Assembly: GCF_006345805.1 (NCBI RefSeq)
Contig: NC_043002.1
Coordinates: forward strand, 45,570,001-45,634,000
Origin: Octopus sinensis
Lineage: Eukaryota
Direction of reading: 5' to 3'
DNA: 64,000 bases
The notes beneath the pieces were generated by a model. That model worked only from the letters and a program-made list of their open reading frames with translations, was not told where the DNA came from and did no database searches. The translations under genes and the position numbers were made by a program. How positions within the stretch are numbered: position 1 is the stretch's first letter; each line of letters begins with the position of its first letter. Shown here one piece after another: positions 60,592 through 64,000 of this stretch.

Positions 60592-63500
60592 GAAAAGGAG
60601 ATGATAATGGAATAAATTATTACCTTATGAACTTCATTAGCTAACAAAGTTCTTAAGATAATCGTTTATTCCTTTGTCATTTCTTTTTTTTTATTTCTGC
60701 TCTAAACTTGACAATTGCTTTGTTCAAAAGCATATGTTGAATCTACACCAGGCTATTAGTCTTGAAATCCCTAAGAGAAATATGTGTGTGTGTACTATTG
60801 AGTAAATATAAGTCTGGATTTCTTCTATGAGTTTTCATTAGAAATACTTTTCAAAAAAAGTTGAAAAGTTAAAAACCATTTCCAGTATTTTGTGGATACC
60901 TGTTTTTGAAAGTTGATTTATGCATTCATAAATATATTTAATAAAATCAAAATAGGTTTCTCTTCATATAACACTGATATTACTAATTTTTAGTTCAATA
61001 TATGTAAACACCTTCAAGTTATGCATCAATATACATTGAATTAGTCTTTTTAATTATGCTTTTAATGATGCTATAATTTGAGACCATTATCACCATAACC
61101 TAGATGGGTGCTTACTGTTGTAAGCATTCAGGGCAGGTCTCCTGTCTGGGAACTTCTTCCTTTCCTCTCATCAGTCTCAGAAATACTAAAATGGGTCTTA
61201 GGTTCTTATCTTTATCCTTTGATTAAGCTATGAAAAAGAAAGTCTGTTGTTACAAACCTTAGTTGGCTACATCACTTTCTCCTTTATCTTTTTTCTTCTT
61301 ATGTACTACACATTAATTTATCAGTTAAAAATGATAGCTTGACATCAGAAAATATATATATATATCATTTTTATTTCACATTGTTCCTTTCATCTTTTCT
61401 TAACTTTAAAAATAAATTTTTTCTGTTTCAAAATAGTTCTGGGCAAACAAAAAAAAATGATTTAACTATATCATATTTTGAAGTTATTTGTAATATTTAA
61501 AAAGAAAAACTTCAAATTGTTTTGTATTTTTTAACAGTGTATAAATATTGAAATGATATTGGTTTCACTTGATTTCTGTATAAACCATTATTCAATTATT
61601 TCTTGGTATTCTGTATTATTATTATTGGAATTGGTGTCAAGACATTTTTTCTGGTTTGTAAGATCATCAGGATCATAGATAAAATATTTCAGTGGCCTCA
61701 TATCACTCATACATCCTTCATGATTTAAAATTCTTTATTGTTTGACCAAATATGCTTTCGGAATATTTTAGCTTTCTCCCACTAACTCTAAAGAATAGAA
61801 ATTCAAATCCCCAAACTGAAACAATTTTGGCATTTATTATGGTAGAATGTGATACATCAATGACTAAACTATGTTAAAATTTGAGTTCAGTACATAGTAT
61901 AGAACAGGGTTGAGTAACCTTTTGTTGAGAAGCAGGTTACATGAGATACAACTCATCAAGCAGGTTGCACTGATAAAAAAAAAATTAAAGGTAGAGAAGC
62001 AGAAATATTTTTTGCCACTTTTGCTCATGACATCTTCATACAGTTTTAGTAAAGCTGGAACTAGTGATATTATAATGCTAAAAATATAACAGGCTATCAT
62101 TATTACCAATTCTTTTCTCTTGGTGTGGACATAGATGTGAATGACTAGACTAGGAAAAAGATTTCATTGTATAGAAGACATATAATGTCTCAAAGAGGCA
62201 TTAGATAAAAATAATAGTTGCACTTTACTGACCTGCTTATTTTGTTCGAAATTAATTCAAAAGCAAAAGTAGAATTATTTCCACTTTTGCTTTTAGTTTG
62301 TATGTAATATATATGTGTCCATGTATATATATGTGTATACACACACACACACCAGGAGGTAAAAGGAATTAATAAATCCAGGCGGATATCTAGAAATGCT
62401 CAGTATTAAGCAAATTTGGTTGACAATATCAAATAGTCAAATGCCATTAATTTCAAATAGAATTAACATCCAGGGTAATTTCTTATATATGACAAGCAAA
62501 TCCAAATATTGCTTAAAAGAATTTTAAGAAATCCAGAGTATATGACAACATGAGAAAGAATGGAGAAAATTGCATTTTTAATTGATGACTATACCATACA
62601 TTATCAATGATCGTTTCTATTGTGCTAGCATATTTAGAAATTCTGTTTATTTTTTTACTCTTTCATTATCTACAGATGCCATCATAAGTTTAAATATTGT
62701 ACTGGCTTTTCTTCTTAACATTCTTTTTGTATGTGTTCATGTATTAGCAACATTATTTCAGTTCATTTTGAATTTAGTCAGTTTTCGGTGACCTTGATAA
62801 CGTTGTTTTGGCATAAAATTTCGGATATATTGGTTTGACTGGTATTTTGTACCTTTTTTTTTTTTTAATATCTAAATATGCTGGCACAATGGAAATGATT
62901 GTTGGTAATGTATGATGTAGTCATCAATTAAAGACACGGTTTCCTCTATTCATTTATTTATACATATATATTTATATGTATGTATGTATAAATTCAAGTT
63001 ACATTATATGATTTCAACTAATCTGGTGGTACTCATAAAAAAAGCTCCATAAAGTCTTGTTCTACGAAACAATATATATAGTACAAGAGAAAACCATATA
63101 TATACACATACACACGTGTGTGTATGTGCATGTATATGTATGTGTGTGTAGACAAGCACACATGTGCAACATTAAAAACATTAATTCTAGTTATATATGT
63201 GTACAGATATTTATGTTGCTTACATTTTACAACAGATGTTACCTGATAGATTTGTTTAATCTTATGCATACAGAAAATTAAAAAAAAGAATAGCCATGAA
63301 TTTAGAAATTAGTATCATTAAGAACAGAAATAATAGATTCTGTTAAGAAAATGCTATGAGCTCAACTAGTATTTATTAAATTTGTACTTGAGATTTTATA
63401 AATTACTAATTCTGTCATTATCTCTACAGCAATCTTCATTTCAGTGTACCTTTAGCTGATATGAATCATTAGCAATATCAGTTCTATAACAATAGGCATC

Positions 63501-64000
63501 TATTTGGCTGAGAGCATTTAATAGAAATGTATATTATTATAATGTTCTAATGATCTTTAAGAGCATATACTTCATACCATGTTTTATGACATATATTTTT
63601 AATTATATATATATATATATGACTGTAGATAATCATTAAGAATAAACATTGGGCAGTTGTGATAGTGTTACATTTGTGTTTGTGATTTGCACATTTCTTT
63701 ATCAGTCACCAGAGAAATCCATTTTAATGAAAGTTCTTTAATGTGATCCACAATACACAACTATAGTACTGATGTATTTTCTACTATAGATATGTTTTTC
63801 TTATGCATACTGAATTATTGAAATTCTAAATTGCTTTATGCATGTCTTAACATAAAGAAATAAATATATTTTGTGGAAAAAAAAAATTAATTTTTCTTTT
63901 TGCATAATTGTTGCTTTATAAAAATTGTCATTGGTGTAGTTTTTTTCTGTGTTTTTCTTCACTATTTTTACATCCCAAATTATTTAAATATTTTTTTTTT

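Noticed and set aside
62660-63740. Acceptor-like sites (62666, 63429, 63706) as further hnRNP C-like exons
   Set aside because: They give only short stop-terminated peptides with no family similarity; cannot be called without RNA data.

Overview
AT-rich eukaryotic genomic DNA. The SINE, RTE and microsatellite content points to an octopus, which is an inference. Two spliced RNA-binding-protein genes point away from each other. On the minus strand, an N-terminal RRM gene is rebuilt from four small exons at 1.1-5.7 kb, with a candidate 5' exon near 35.5 kb. On the plus strand, an hnRNP C/RALY-family gene has exons at 50.2 and 55.2 kb. The rest is dense with mobile DNA: a young 5'-truncated RTE LINE with an uninterrupted RT+PHD frame, many RTE 3'-end copies, CR1, BovB-like, Expander-like and Penelope fragments, four or five tRNA-derived SINE families, Helitron pieces, hAT, Tc1 and piggyBac-like elements, and (TA)n/(CA)n microsatellites. 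There is no CRISPR array, rRNA or intact tRNA gene. The best second-look items are a hammerhead-ribozyme core with a very long stem II (16.5 kb), a decayed HDV-like ribozyme fold in an RTE 5' end (11.6 kb), a SINE/CR1 shared 3' tail with a covarying stem, a head-to-head RTE fusion, a twin-priming-type inversion, and an RTE with three C-terminal zinc fingers. I cannot establish a wholly new biological system from the sequence alone; all coordinates and identities were read by eye.
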